Assembly (NCBI GenBank): GCA_016744855.1
Contig: JADGDO010000013.1
Location: 33,301-97,300 of the forward strand
DNA from: Candidatus Fermentibacteraceae bacterium
GTDB taxonomy: Bacteria; Fermentibacterota; Fermentibacteria; Fermentibacterales; JCC-6
Direction of reading: 5' to 3'
Length of the DNA stretch: 64,000 bases
Positions 1-9,503 of this stretch are shown one piece after another. The notes beneath the pieces are model-generated. The model saw only the letters and a program-made list of their open reading frames with translations, had not been told where the DNA came from and did not search any database. How positions within the stretch are numbered: the stretch's first letter is position 1; each line of letters begins with the position of its first letter. Made by a program: the position numbers and the translations under genes.

Positions 1-438
1 GGAAAAATAGAGACAGGAGATATTGCATCAGTTACCGTGTCTTCACTGGATGGTGAAACCACAAGAGCAACCGTTACAAGCGTTGCTCCATTCATTGATC
101 CCGCCACTGGGCTTCTGGCTGTTGAAGTGAGCATAAGGGATGAAACAGGATTTCTGGTTCCTGGAATGGCGGCTGAGATTGCTGTAAGGCTTGATGTTCA
201 CAATTCAGTTGTAGCAGTTCCAGAGCTTTCTCTAATCAGTGGAACACGCGGGTATCAGATTGCAGTAGAGGAAAACGGTATAGCCAGATTGAGGGATGCA
301 ACAGTTGGTTACAGAGAAAATGGGCTTGCCGAGATCGTCTCCGGACTTGAACTCGGAGAGTCACTGATTGTTGCCGGTCAACAGCTTGTCAGTGATGGAT
401 CACCTGTGGTGACAACAGGTACGGGAGAACTGATATGA
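1..438 (+). CDS. RND efflux periplasmic adaptor (membrane-fusion protein), C-terminal fragment; 5' end lies outside the window
   Basis: Open frame runs from the window edge. The C-terminal beta-barrel/membrane-proximal region is typical of HlyD/AcrA-type adaptors. TGA stop overlaps the ATG of the downstream pump (ATGA). Confidence 0.65.
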   Translation, partial: GKIETGDIASVTVSSLDGETTRATVTSVAPFIDPATGLLAVEVSIRDETGFLVPGMAAEIAVRLDVHNSVVAVPELSLISGTRGYQIAVEENGIARLRDATVGYRENGLAEIVSGLELGESLIVAGQQLVSDGSPVVTTGTGELI

Positions 439-3400
439 GTCTTCCAGGAATCGCTTCGAGCAGAAGGATAGCATTCATCATGCTCTTCATCGGGCTGGTA
501 GGTGCAGGAATTTTTGGCTATACACAGCTGGGTCTGAGTCTCACTCCGGATATCTCATTTCCCATGGTTACCGTAACATGTGAGATGACCGGAGCCAGTC
601 CTGAGGAAATGGATAATCTAGTAACTGATGTTCTCGAGAAAGCAGTATCAGGAGTGGGTGGAGTCCAGGAAATACACTCAAATTCTTCAACCGGCCTTTC
701 GATTGTTACTGTTGAGTTCGACTATGGTGATGACATGGATCAGGCCGAAACAGATGTAAGAAGAAAGGTTGAGGATTACTCTGGAATGCTTCCTGATCAG
801 GCTGGAGATCCAACTGTTAGTGTTATGGACCCCTCGTCTATGCCTGTGATAAGCATGTCAATCACGAGTAATGACTTGGATGCCAAAGCACTGAGAAAGC
901 TCATCGAAGATGATGTAGATCCAATTATCAACAGGGCAGAGGGTGTAGGCGCTACAACCATTTCCGGTGGAGCCGTCAGGCAGATATCAATAGAACCAGA
1001 TCCTGCAAAACTAGCCGATTCCGGAGTCACCCTTGCACAGATTGCAGCAGCCTTTGTCGGAAGGACTAATGATGTTCCGGCAGGAGAGCTTTCAGGAAAC
1101 GGTATCAGGACAGGCCTGACTTTCGAGATGGCCTATGCTTCAGTCAATGAAATCGGTGCTACTGTTGTTGGTATGCGACAGGGAAACCCTGTGCTGCTCA
1201 GTCATATTGCTGATGTGACCGATGGTGAGGAAGAAGTAACCCAGATTGTTCGTGTTAACGGTGAAGACGGAATCATACTCACTGTAACTAAACGCTCTGA
1301 GGCAAATACAGTTGATGTTTGCATGGAAGTTATAGAAGCTGTTGAAGAAGTTGAAGATATCTATGGAGACAGGCTGAATATTACTATTGTTGATGACCAG
1401 TCCGACTACATATTGGAATCCATATCTAATCTTTCTACTACAGGAATAATTGCCTTTATTGCTGCAATTGCTGTGCTTTTACTTTTCCTCCGCTCGGGAA
1501 AGACCAGTACTCTTGTTGGGGTATCCATACCGGTTTCTCTTGTAATAACCTTCTTTGCCATGTACGCCTTTGGTGTAGACCTTAACATGATTTCAATGGC
1601 TGGGCTTGCAATTGCAATTGGAATGTTAGTGGATAACTCCATTGTTGTCATCGAGTCCATATTCAGGCACCGGAAACTTGGAGAATCGGCATTGAATGCA
1701 GCTGTAAAAGGAACTGAAGAGGTAGCAGCAGCCATCACCTCATCAACTCTTACAACTCTGATGGTGTTCATCCCTGTACTTTTCGTTCCTGGCTTTACGG
1801 GACAGCTATTCAGGGAAATGGCTCTGACCATCTGCTTCAGTCTTGTAGCTTCACTTCTTGTGGCTATATCTCTTGTTCCTTCTCTTTCAACCTTCTTTCG
1901 TGACCTCGGTGGAGAGAAGAAAATTCCGGTTCTGGACACTATTGGTACCCGATCTGCCTCCGTCCTGCAGAGGATTCTCCACCTTGCATTGAATCACAAG
2001 AAGCACACTATTCTGACGGTAGTTGCTCTTCTGGTTCTTTCTGTTGTGCTCGTTGGCACTATTCCACAGACCTTAATGCCTGAAATGGATCAGGGAGAAA
2101 TTGCCCTGAGCTATACACTGGCCAGGGGAACAGACCTAGCTGCAAATGACAGCATTGCGGCAGCTATCGAAGAAGAAATCAGGGACATCATTCCTGAAGA
2201 ATACATTGAATCTTTCTACGTGAAGGTTGGTTCTGAGACTTCCAGAAGGGGTGCAACTGCAATAAATCAGGGCAGTATTAGTGTAGCCCTCTCCGGCGTA
2301 TCGGAGAGGAACACCGAAACTTCAGAGTATTCATTCGCAATTCTAAGAGCAGTGAATTCTATGCCGGGAGTCGATGTTTCTGTCTCCCAGAAGGGACCGT
2401 TTTCAACAGGCAACCCTGTAGAAATAATACTAAGTGGTAACGATGTGCACGAGCTGGAAGAGTTCTCTGCACAAGTTGTTGCCATCATGAACGGTGTTCC
2501 TGGAACTAGTTCAGTAACCTCCTCAGCAGAACAGCGGATACCACAGTACTCATTCATTCCTGATAACGCTAGTTTGTCTCTGCTTGGGATAAATCCCGTA
2601 GATGTTTCCACCCAGATGCAGATTGGTTTCCAGGGCAGAACAGTTGCTTCTTACACCGAAGAGGGAGAGGAATATGATGTTCTCCTGAGGTATTCACCTC
2701 TTGATCGATTCGAAGCCGGCAATGTCAGGTATTCAGAGTTTTCCGGATACCCGATGGAAGCTCTTGGAGATCTGGAGAGCAGTTCTTCAATGGAGCAGAT
2801 AACAAGGAAGAACCAGACAAGAACGGTAACTGTTTCCTCCGGCACCGCTCCAGGTTATACAAGCGGAGAAGTTGGAACGGCTGTTGAAGAAGCTCTTGAA
2901 TCACTAACGGTTCCTTCCGGCGTTTTGCTGACAATGGGTGGGGACTATGGAGATCAGGATGAGACCTTCCTCTATATGCTAATAGCGGTCGCTGTTGCGG
3001 CAATGCTTGTTTACATGGTAATGGCGGGTCAATTCGAGTCTCTAAGAGAACCCTTCATCATCATATTCACTGTTCCCATGGCTTTCATTGGTGTAGTAGC
3101 AGCACTTCTCATTACAGGAGTTCCAATGTCAATGATGTCAATGGTGGGTATCCTGATGCTTGCAGGTATTTCGGTGAACAATGGGATCGTGCTGATTGAC
3201 TATGCAAATAAGCTCCGGAAAAAAGGTAAAACGGCCAGGGAGGCCATCGTGGAAGCCGTATCAGTTCGAACCAGACCAATCATAATGACAGCTTTCACAA
3301 CAATTTTTGCCATGATTCCGGTTGCGATGGGTATTGGCGAAGGTGCCGAGATGTGGCAACCCCTGGGTGTCACTGTTATTGGTGGTCTTGTCACAACAAC

Positions 3401-3455
3401 TCTTCTTTCTCTGATTGTTGAACCCTGCCTCTACCTCATTGCAGCAAAGAAGTAG
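435..3455 (+). CDS. RND family efflux permease (AcrB/AcrD/AcrF-like, 12-TM, ~1006 aa)
   Basis: About 1000 aa. N-terminal TM, two large periplasmic loops and repeated TM bundles (e.g. MAGLAIAIGMLVDNSIVVIE, ILMLAGISVNNGIVLIDY). Translationally coupled to the upstream adaptor. Confidence 0.9.
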   Translation: MSLPGIASSRRIAFIMLFIGLVGAGIFGYTQLGLSLTPDISFPMVTVTCEMTGASPEEMDNLVTDVLEKAVSGVGGVQEIHSNSSTGLSIVTVEFDYGDDMDQAETDVRRKVEDYSGMLPDQAGDPTVSVMDPSSMPVISMSITSNDLDAKALRKLIEDDVDPIINRAEGVGATTISGGAVRQISIEPDPAKLADSGVTLAQIAAAFVGRTNDVPAGELSGNGIRTGLTFEMAYASVNEIGATVVGMRQGNPVLLSHIADVTDGEEEVTQIVRVNGEDGIILTVTKRSEANTVDVCMEVIEAVEEVEDIYGDRLNITIVDDQSDYILESISNLSTTGIIAFIAAIAVLLLFLRSGKTSTLVGVSIPVSLVITFFAMYAFGVDLNMISMAGLAIAIGMLVDNSIVVIESIFRHRKLGESALNAAVKGTEEVAAAITSSTLTTLMVFIPVLFVPGFTGQLFREMALTICFSLVASLLVAISLVPSLSTFFRDLGGEKKIPVLDTIGTRSASVLQRILHLALNHKKHTILTVVALLVLSVVLVGTIPQTLMPEMDQGEIALSYTLARGTDLAANDSIAAAIEEEIRDIIPEEYIESFYVKVGSETSRRGATAINQGSISVALSGVSERNTETSEYSFAILRAVNSMPGVDVSVSQKGPFSTGNPVEIILSGNDVHELEEFSAQVVAIMNGVPGTSSVTSSAEQRIPQYSFIPDNASLSLLGINPVDVSTQMQIGFQGRTVASYTEEGEEYDVLLRYSPLDRFEAGNVRYSEFSGYPMEALGDLESSSSMEQITRKNQTRTVTVSSGTAPGYTSGEVGTAVEEALESLTVPSGVLLTMGGDYGDQDETFLYMLIAVAVAAMLVYMVMAGQFESLREPFIIIFTVPMAFIGVVAALLITGVPMSMMSMVGILMLAGISVNNGIVLIDYANKLRKKGKTAREAIVEAVSVRTRPIIMTAFTTIFAMIPVAMGIGEGAEMWQPLGVTVIGGLVTTTLLSLIVEPCLYLIAAKK

Positions 3456-3466
3456 AGGCAGTTGCA

Positions 3467-3494
3467 GCCCGGCCCTCCTCCTGCCGGGCTGTTC
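3467..3494 (+). terminator. Hairpin terminator after the RND pump (cagcccggc-N9-gccgggctg)
   Basis: Perfect 9-bp GC-rich inverted repeat immediately 3' of the TAG stop. Confidence 0.45.
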
Positions 3495-3562
3495 TACATC
3501 AAACATGATTGAGGTAGCAAAGGCCATCGTAGAGTAAGATGTCATAAGTGCATAAGTGGTAA

Positions 3563-3600
3563 AAGGTTAAAAGAATGGGCAGCTGAAGAAGCTGCCCATT
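3563..3600 (-). terminator. Rho-independent terminator for the minus-strand gene ending at 3630
   Basis: 10-bp perfect stem aatgggcagc/gctgcccatt with a 7-nt loop, followed on the minus strand by a T-rich tract (tcttttaacctttt). Confidence 0.55.
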
Positions 3601-3629
3601 GTTCTAGTTATTCATCATTGGAATCAAAT

Positions 3630-4616
3630 CTATCTGATAACAACCACTGATTTACTTGATGCTATTCCACCGGAAGTTTCCAACCTAAGGAGATAGAGAC
3701 CAGTTGAGGTTGTGGTGAAGGTTCCCTGTCCATTCTGAACGGACCTGGATTCGACAAGCCTTCCGTCAACAGAGTAGAGGCTGATGGTGCCTGTACCTGC
3801 AAGGGAGGAAGTCGAAAACTGGATTGCACCCTGTGCTGGGGAAATCACACTAAGAGATGGTGTGTCAAGATCAATATCCCCGCCCTCAATACCTGAGGTA
3901 ATGAGGTCTGACATCTTTACCATGTGTGAATTAACTATCTCTTTGTTAGAATTGTTTTGCACAAACGTGGTCAGATACAGTTCATCCCAGTCCCATGATG
4001 AGTCAATCGTGTAGTCCATGTCCAGCTCGATGGTTTCTGGAGAATCACCGAATGAAACAGCTGTACCGTTGGCACCAGCCATGTTCCAGCGAAGAGCATA
4101 GTTGAAATCAGTGCTGGAATATGTGCCTGTTCCCGGGATACCACATTCGTTGATGATGGCATGGATGGTTGTTTCCGAGCTCAAACCTGTTTCACTCGTG
4201 AGAGTAAAGCCAAGGGTTCCAGTGCTGGATGTTGACCCTGCCGTGGGGGTAACATCAATAGAGAGATGGCAAGGAACAGCCATTCTTGTGTTGTAATGGC
4301 CCGGCATCGTTGAGATAGGCCATGCGTCGTAAAGACCCGCAATCATGAGGGTTGGGTAAGCACTGATTCCATAATAACTTTTACGGGCAGCATTGTGCGC
4401 AGGATTTGCTTGGTAAACAGGATCGGAAGAACTGGAATTGTGAAGGGCTACAAGGGAAACTGTGCCAGGGTGGCTATCGAGAAACTGAGTGACAGTGACC
4501 TCACTGCCAGGACAGGTTCCTCAACCATTCCATGTGAAAAATTCCATGAGTACAGCTCTGTCTGCAGCAAAAGATACAGCAGAGATTGCAAGAAAAACCA
4601 GAACTAATAGTTTCAT
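3630..4616 (-). CDS. Secreted thioredoxin-fold protein with T9SS C-terminal sorting domain; in-frame TGA at codon 33 (candidate selenocysteine, U-G-T-C motif) or a disrupted gene
   Basis: ATG at 4616 with signal peptide MKLLVLVFLAISAVSFA. An in-frame TGA at 4520..4518 sits in the same reading frame as the long ORF 3630..4346. The context is FTWNG-[TGA]-GTCPGSE, and a thioredoxin-type cis-Pro motif (GISAYPTLMIAG) lies downstream. The C-terminal T9SS sorting motif is GLYLLRLETSGGIASSKSVVVIR. Confidence 0.5.
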
Positions 4617-4809
4617 GAGAAACTCCTTCTGTTGAATTACATACTGCGGGTGTAGGAATATGAACCGATAAAGAAAAATTGCCAACAAAGCTGAAGCACT
4701 GTCAGGGCTGACGTTGGCCCGGTGAATTGTTATTAATCATTTCATTATTCCGAACAAGTGGTCGAGTTCTCTGAGACGACTGCTTCCCAGGCTTCATGAA
4801 GGGTATAAA

Positions 4810-6006
4810 GTGATCAACCAATGGGGGAAACCATTGAATATTGATAAAATAGTGAATTCTGTCTTATTGATTGACAGTGACAAACTTCTTCTTAGTTCTG
4901 CATGCGATGTGCTTACAGGTAATATTCTTCATGCAACAGAGTATCCGTGGTATCCATTTAGGGGAATCTGTCCTTCTCTAGACGAACCTTTCAGAGGAAT
5001 TTGGAATTGGGACTCAGCATTTCATGCGCTTGCTGTCTCGAGGTTCGCCCCAGCTCTTTCTCGTGAACAGATAACAATGTGGTTTTCACTGCAACTGCCT
5101 TCAGGTGAACTTCCTGATGTGCTTATGGAAGACGGATTGCTGGAAGATACCTACGGCAAACCCCCTGTAATGCCATGGGCTGCAATGGTTGTAGATAAAA
5201 GGCAGCCTAATGATGAGTTTGCTGCTTTGTGTTACAAGGCATTTCTAAAGTTTGAGAATCACTGGAGGGTTTCAAGGAGCACACCCGGTGGGCTTTTCTT
5301 CTACGACAGCCGCGCTGCTGACCCGGCAAGGCGAGAAACTGAAACCAGGTGGGAATCCGGTTGGGATAACTCTGTCAGATGGGACAAGGGGATAAACCGC
5401 TTGAATCCCGTTGATCTAGCGTGCTATATGGTCATGCTCTATTCTGCTCTGGAGTACTTTGCAGAGAGGGTTGGTGACCGTTCATCCATATCTCTCTGGC
5501 AGGAGAGGCGGCGCTCAGTTTCGTCGGCAATCAACAAAGATCTCTGGAATCCAGAAATGGGAACCTGGCTGGACATGGACAGGTTTACAGGGGAGTTATC
5601 TCACGTAATAACTCCAGCATGCTTTATGCCGCTCTTCATTGGGATTGCTTCAGAGGAACAGGCTGAGAGCTGCCTGAAGTTGCTTATGTCACCTTCAGAT
5701 TTCTTCCCCGGCATGCCCACTGTATCGTATGGTTCTCCGCAATTCGACCGGTTTGGCTACTGGCGGGGAAGAACATGGCTCAATGTGGCCTGGTTTGCCT
5801 TGAAGGGCTTTCGCCGATACGGTTATCTGGCTGAGACAGACATGTTCAAAGAAACACTGCTGGGCTGGTGTAGAGACTCCGGGATTAGAGAGAATTATGA
5901 TTCACTGTCCGGAAAAGGACTGGGTGCTTCTAATTTTGGTTGGAGTGCCGCATTTGTTATTGAATTTCTTCTTAATTGGAATGAAGATGGGAGTTGCTAT
6001 GAATAG
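4810..6006 (+). CDS. (alpha/alpha)6-barrel glycoside hydrolase, GH63/GH37-like (glucosyl-/mannosylglycerate hydrolase or trehalase-like)
   Basis: Motifs GIWNWDSAFHA and YWRGRTWLNVAW. Cytoplasmic (no signal peptide). GTG start. Overlaps the downstream GH1 gene. Confidence 0.5.
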   Translation: MINQWGKPLNIDKIVNSVLLIDSDKLLLSSACDVLTGNILHATEYPWYPFRGICPSLDEPFRGIWNWDSAFHALAVSRFAPALSREQITMWFSLQLPSGELPDVLMEDGLLEDTYGKPPVMPWAAMVVDKRQPNDEFAALCYKAFLKFENHWRVSRSTPGGLFFYDSRAADPARRETETRWESGWDNSVRWDKGINRLNPVDLACYMVMLYSALEYFAERVGDRSSISLWQERRRSVSSAINKDLWNPEMGTWLDMDRFTGELSHVITPACFMPLFIGIASEEQAESCLKLLMSPSDFFPGMPTVSYGSPQFDRFGYWRGRTWLNVAWFALKGFRRYGYLAETDMFKETLLGWCRDSGIRENYDSLSGKGLGASNFGWSAAFVIEFLLNWNEDGSCYE

Positions 6007-7351
6007 ATGTTTTCCAGAGGGTTTTCTTTGGGGCAGTGCCACTGCTTCCTATCAGGTGGAAGGTGGAGCGTTGCAGGATGGAAGAGGCCCTTCTGTATGG
6101 GATACCTTCAGCCACACTCCCGGGAAAATTAAACTTGGTCACACTGGTGATGTTGCCTGTGATCAGTACAACAGACATGCAGAAGACATAGCCCTGATGA
6201 AGAAACTAGGTCTGGGAGCTCACAGATTCTCACTCTCCTGGTCACGGATATTCCCAACAGGTAGAGGTGCTGTTAATCAAAAAGGACTTGATTACTACCG
6301 AAGATTCATAGATGGGCTTCGTGAGGCTGGGATCGATCCCTGGGTTACCCTCTTTCACTGGGACCTGCCTCAATCTCTGCAGGATGATTTCGGAGGTTGG
6401 CAGTCCCGGGAAACTGTTAAGTACTTCGCTGATTATTGCGGGTTTGTTGCATCAGCCTTTGGCGACACCGTGAGCAATTTCATGACAATAAATGAATTCA
6501 TGTGTTTCACCGACTGGGCATACGGTGCTGGTGAAGAAAATTACGCTCCCGGTGGCAACCTTGACCGCAAGGGTGTTAATATGGTTCGCCACAACGCTCT
6601 TCTGGCTCACGGCATGGGAGTGCAGGCCATTAGAGCAGCCGCTCCTTCGGCTTCCGTCGGGCTTGCTGAAAACGCTCTTGTCTGTGTGCCGGTAATAGAG
6701 ACAAAGCCTCACATTGATGCTGCAAGGAAGGCATATCGAGAAATGAATGCTCACTTCCTAACAGCAATTATGGAAGGGAAATACCTTGACTGTTACCTTG
6801 AAGAGCAGGGGGCAGATGCACCGGAGTTTACAGCGGAGGAAATGGCTGTGATATCCTCTCCAGTGGATTTTGTCGGGCATAACATGTACCTTGCCCATCA
6901 TATAGAAGCTGACCCCTCGTCTTCATCCGGGTACAGAGTATTGCCTCACTCTGCTTCCTATCCCCATATGCACGCGCATTGGATAAAGGTTTCCCCGGAG
7001 ATAACCTACTGGGCCCCGAGATTTGTACACGAGTTGTGGAATGTGGAGAACATTTACATAACTGAGAATGGTTGTGCCTGTCCTGATCAGTTGGATGATT
7101 CAGGCAGAATCTGCGATACTGACCGGATATTCTACCTGCGAAATCACCTGCTCTCTGCTGCCCGTGCAACTTCAGAAGGGATACCTCTTAAAGGTTACTT
7201 CTGCTGGAGTCTTCTGGATAATTTTGAGTGGGCTGACGGGTATACATACCGGTTTGGTATTGTGCATGTAGACTTTGAAACACTGGTCCGTACACCCAAG
7301 ATGAGTGCAGAGTATCTCAGCTTGGTCGCTTCCGAAAACAAGGTGCTGTAG
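5999..7351 (+). CDS. bglB: GH1 beta-glucosidase
   Basis: Classical GH1 signatures FLWGSATASYQVEGG, TINEF (acid/base) and ITENG (nucleophile). ATG at 5999 overlaps the stop of the upstream glycosidase. Confidence 0.88.
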   Translation: MNRCFPEGFLWGSATASYQVEGGALQDGRGPSVWDTFSHTPGKIKLGHTGDVACDQYNRHAEDIALMKKLGLGAHRFSLSWSRIFPTGRGAVNQKGLDYYRRFIDGLREAGIDPWVTLFHWDLPQSLQDDFGGWQSRETVKYFADYCGFVASAFGDTVSNFMTINEFMCFTDWAYGAGEENYAPGGNLDRKGVNMVRHNALLAHGMGVQAIRAAAPSASVGLAENALVCVPVIETKPHIDAARKAYREMNAHFLTAIMEGKYLDCYLEEQGADAPEFTAEEMAVISSPVDFVGHNMYLAHHIEADPSSSSGYRVLPHSASYPHMHAHWIKVSPEITYWAPRFVHELWNVENIYITENGCACPDQLDDSGRICDTDRIFYLRNHLLSAARATSEGIPLKGYFCWSLLDNFEWADGYTYRFGIVHVDFETLVRTPKMSAEYLSLVASENKVL

Positions 7352-7375
7352 CTACATTATTACTAAATGATTGAA

Positions 7376-7403
7376 GGATTCCCGGGGTTATTCCCGGGAA
7401 TCC
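7376..7403. terminator. Bidirectional hairpin terminator between convergent genes (ggattcccggg-N6-cccgggaatcc)
   Basis: 11-bp perfect inverted repeat, followed by ctgcttttt on the plus strand. Confidence 0.6.
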
Positions 7404-7439
7404 GAACTGCTTTTTGCATTTGCCTTTAGCGATACAATT

Positions 7440-9404
7440 CTACATGTCAAGATAGCTGTTCAGTAGCTCAGTTCCCGGAAGAACGAAATGTCCGGAAGAA
7501 ATAATCTCAGTTTCGCTGCCATCAGCATGAATCGATTTTAAAGTCATGATGCTGTGGTAGGGCAGAGTGATGTCTTTGTGAGTGGATGTGTAGGCATTGG
7601 TCGGGTCTTGAGCTGCGTTTGCAGTTTTTTCATTGAACCTTGCTTTCATTTCTTTACCGTCGCTGTAACAGGGGGTGTTCTCCCTGCGACTGAAGCAGGT
7701 GTCGCCTATAGCAATGTGCGGCCCCATCTTCTCTGCAACGAGAACAGGGAGCAGATCGGCTATTCCATGTTTTTCGGCCATGCTGTATGCCGCCGTGTTG
7801 GTTCCTATTGCAAACTCACCCATGGGGAGAGTTTCATGCGGATGAAGCAGGGTCTCGTAAACCAGCCTGCGATTTTCTTCCTCTGTGCCCAGGTTAGAGC
7901 ACGAGTAGTCAGTCACATATCCATCTGTAAATGTAAGCACCAGATCCTTGAATTGTATTTCTTCCAGAAAAATATCCTTTACATGCAGAAGACCGGTAGT
8001 TCCCTTGAGAACCGGTGAGGTGAACACCTCTCCGAGGGGTATATTGATGGTAGCCAGGCAGTTCAGGAAGTTTGTTTCAATTGCCGGATCAGGTAGATGA
8101 TGCATTGAGATAGTAATGTTAGTTCGGTTGCCGTTGCTGCCCATTATTCGCACAGATTCAGCCTTGTCCAGCGCAGTGATTATCGTACTCTGAATTTCTC
8201 CGTACACACGGGAGTCCAAAGTGTTTACTGTTACCATATCACTGAATACTTCCTGAAAATGGCTACCTATGTCAGGCATGGGAAAAGCAATTCCCGTGTA
8301 ACTGGTTGAGCTCCGTGGAATGAACCTGTTAACAAGCTCCTGCTTTCTCAGAAGAAAATCTCTGTAAATCATGTTCTGCTCTGTACAAGGCATCGTTGTT
8401 AAAGAGGAATTCTTCAGCCGTGCTTGCCTTTCTCCGAATGTCATAATGTGTATTATTCCTGAGTGTTCCTGAACCCTGTCAATTTTATCAGTCAGGGCTT
8501 GTTCAATCCCTGCCAGGGTTTTTTCGACAAGATTTGGGTTCAGGAAGAGAGCCCAGTCATATTTGTGGTCATGGAGCTGCTGAATTGGCTCGGTGGTGCT
8601 CTTGTAACATCCACTGAGAAGTTTTAGATCATGTTGACAAAGCTTCTCTTCAACTATTTTCATTAAAGGAGCGAAGCCAGGTGACATGGAAACTGCGACA
8701 GTTTTTTTTCCGTCCAGTGATTTTCCATCATCATAGAAACCTCCCAGGTAGCCATCAACAACGGCACTTGCGATTTTATGAGATGTTGTACTTTTCAGAC
8801 TCATGATGTGCTTGAATAGCGTCAGATCATGCTCGGATATTGCTACTCCTCTTCTGAGCAACCACGCTTCACCTCCACTGAAAGGAGAATCCCAATCTTC
8901 GTTTACCCCGAGAGATTGTAGGATACCCTGTGACTGTGAGAGGACAAAATCCTCTGCAAGCAATTCTATCAAAGTACTGTAGTCACCGTTTCGGATAAGT
9001 TCAATTCCGTCTGACAACAAAATTATCCTGGACCGGTTTCCCAGGGTCGAAACTAAACCAGCTTTTTCAAGTCGATACCTCCACGCAGCAAGAAGCACTC
9101 CATGGGTTGAATCTATGTTCTTCACGGTAACTATGGGATTGGTGAATGATTGCCAGTAAGACCCATATCTTGTAAAGATTTCACGTTTCATCTGCAGAGG
9201 GGATCCATCCTCTGCTTTGTCAGTTGGAATCGAATTGCACATGGAAACAGTCGAGAGAAGGCCCTGGGCTTCCTCTAGGAAACCTTGAATACCTAGGAAC
9301 TTACTTTTACAAATCAAACTGTAACCCCTCTCTGTACAAGCTATAGCAATGCGGTTACTTAGTATAGTAAATCTGGAAAGTAGCTCTTGTGGTTGCTCCA
9401 GCAA
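7440..9404 (-). CDS. Peptidase M29 (aminopeptidase T/PepS)-like protein with an N-terminal extension/duplication
   Basis: The C-terminal half has M29-like motifs (GEFAIGTN, HIAIGD, STHKD). The N-terminal ~330 aa are of unclear origin. No signal peptide. Confidence 0.45.
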   Translation of the reverse strand: MLEQPQELLSRFTILSNRIAIACTERGYSLICKSKFLGIQGFLEEAQGLLSTVSMCNSIPTDKAEDGSPLQMKREIFTRYGSYWQSFTNPIVTVKNIDSTHGVLLAAWRYRLEKAGLVSTLGNRSRIILLSDGIELIRNGDYSTLIELLAEDFVLSQSQGILQSLGVNEDWDSPFSGGEAWLLRRGVAISEHDLTLFKHIMSLKSTTSHKIASAVVDGYLGGFYDDGKSLDGKKTVAVSMSPGFAPLMKIVEEKLCQHDLKLLSGCYKSTTEPIQQLHDHKYDWALFLNPNLVEKTLAGIEQALTDKIDRVQEHSGIIHIMTFGERQARLKNSSLTTMPCTEQNMIYRDFLLRKQELVNRFIPRSSTSYTGIAFPMPDIGSHFQEVFSDMVTVNTLDSRVYGEIQSTIITALDKAESVRIMGSNGNRTNITISMHHLPDPAIETNFLNCLATINIPLGEVFTSPVLKGTTGLLHVKDIFLEEIQFKDLVLTFTDGYVTDYSCSNLGTEEENRRLVYETLLHPHETLPMGEFAIGTNTAAYSMAEKHGIADLLPVLVAEKMGPHIAIGDTCFSRRENTPCYSDGKEMKARFNEKTANAAQDPTNAYTSTHKDITLPYHSIMTLKSIHADGSETEIISSGHFVLPGTELLNSYLDM

Positions 9405-9503
9405 TCATGCATTTTGGTTGTCTTCTGATCAACTGGACTATACCGAATAATTTTCTTTGGAATTGTACGATATGAAGGAACCATATAATAGAGGAGGAGT
9501 GAT

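Noticed and set aside
3255-3270. tRNA-like T-loop motif GTTCGAACC
   Set aside because: It lies inside the well-conserved AcrB-type CDS with no surrounding cloverleaf. No convincing tRNA was found anywhere in the window.
797-3545. Multiple antisense and overlapping ORFs inside the RND pump (797..1030, 1406..1939, 2267..2611, 3261..3545 and others)
   Set aside because: They are fully embedded in a strongly supported long CDS, have no RBS or homology signal, and are typical shadow ORFs.
3630-4616. Possibility that TGA is globally reassigned (Gly or Trp) in this organism, explaining the in-frame TGA
   Set aside because: Several well-supported genes in the window terminate at TGA at the expected homologous C-terminus (the efflux adaptor at 436..438 and aroC at 34287..34289), so TGA is a stop here. 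That leaves selenocysteine or a pseudogene.
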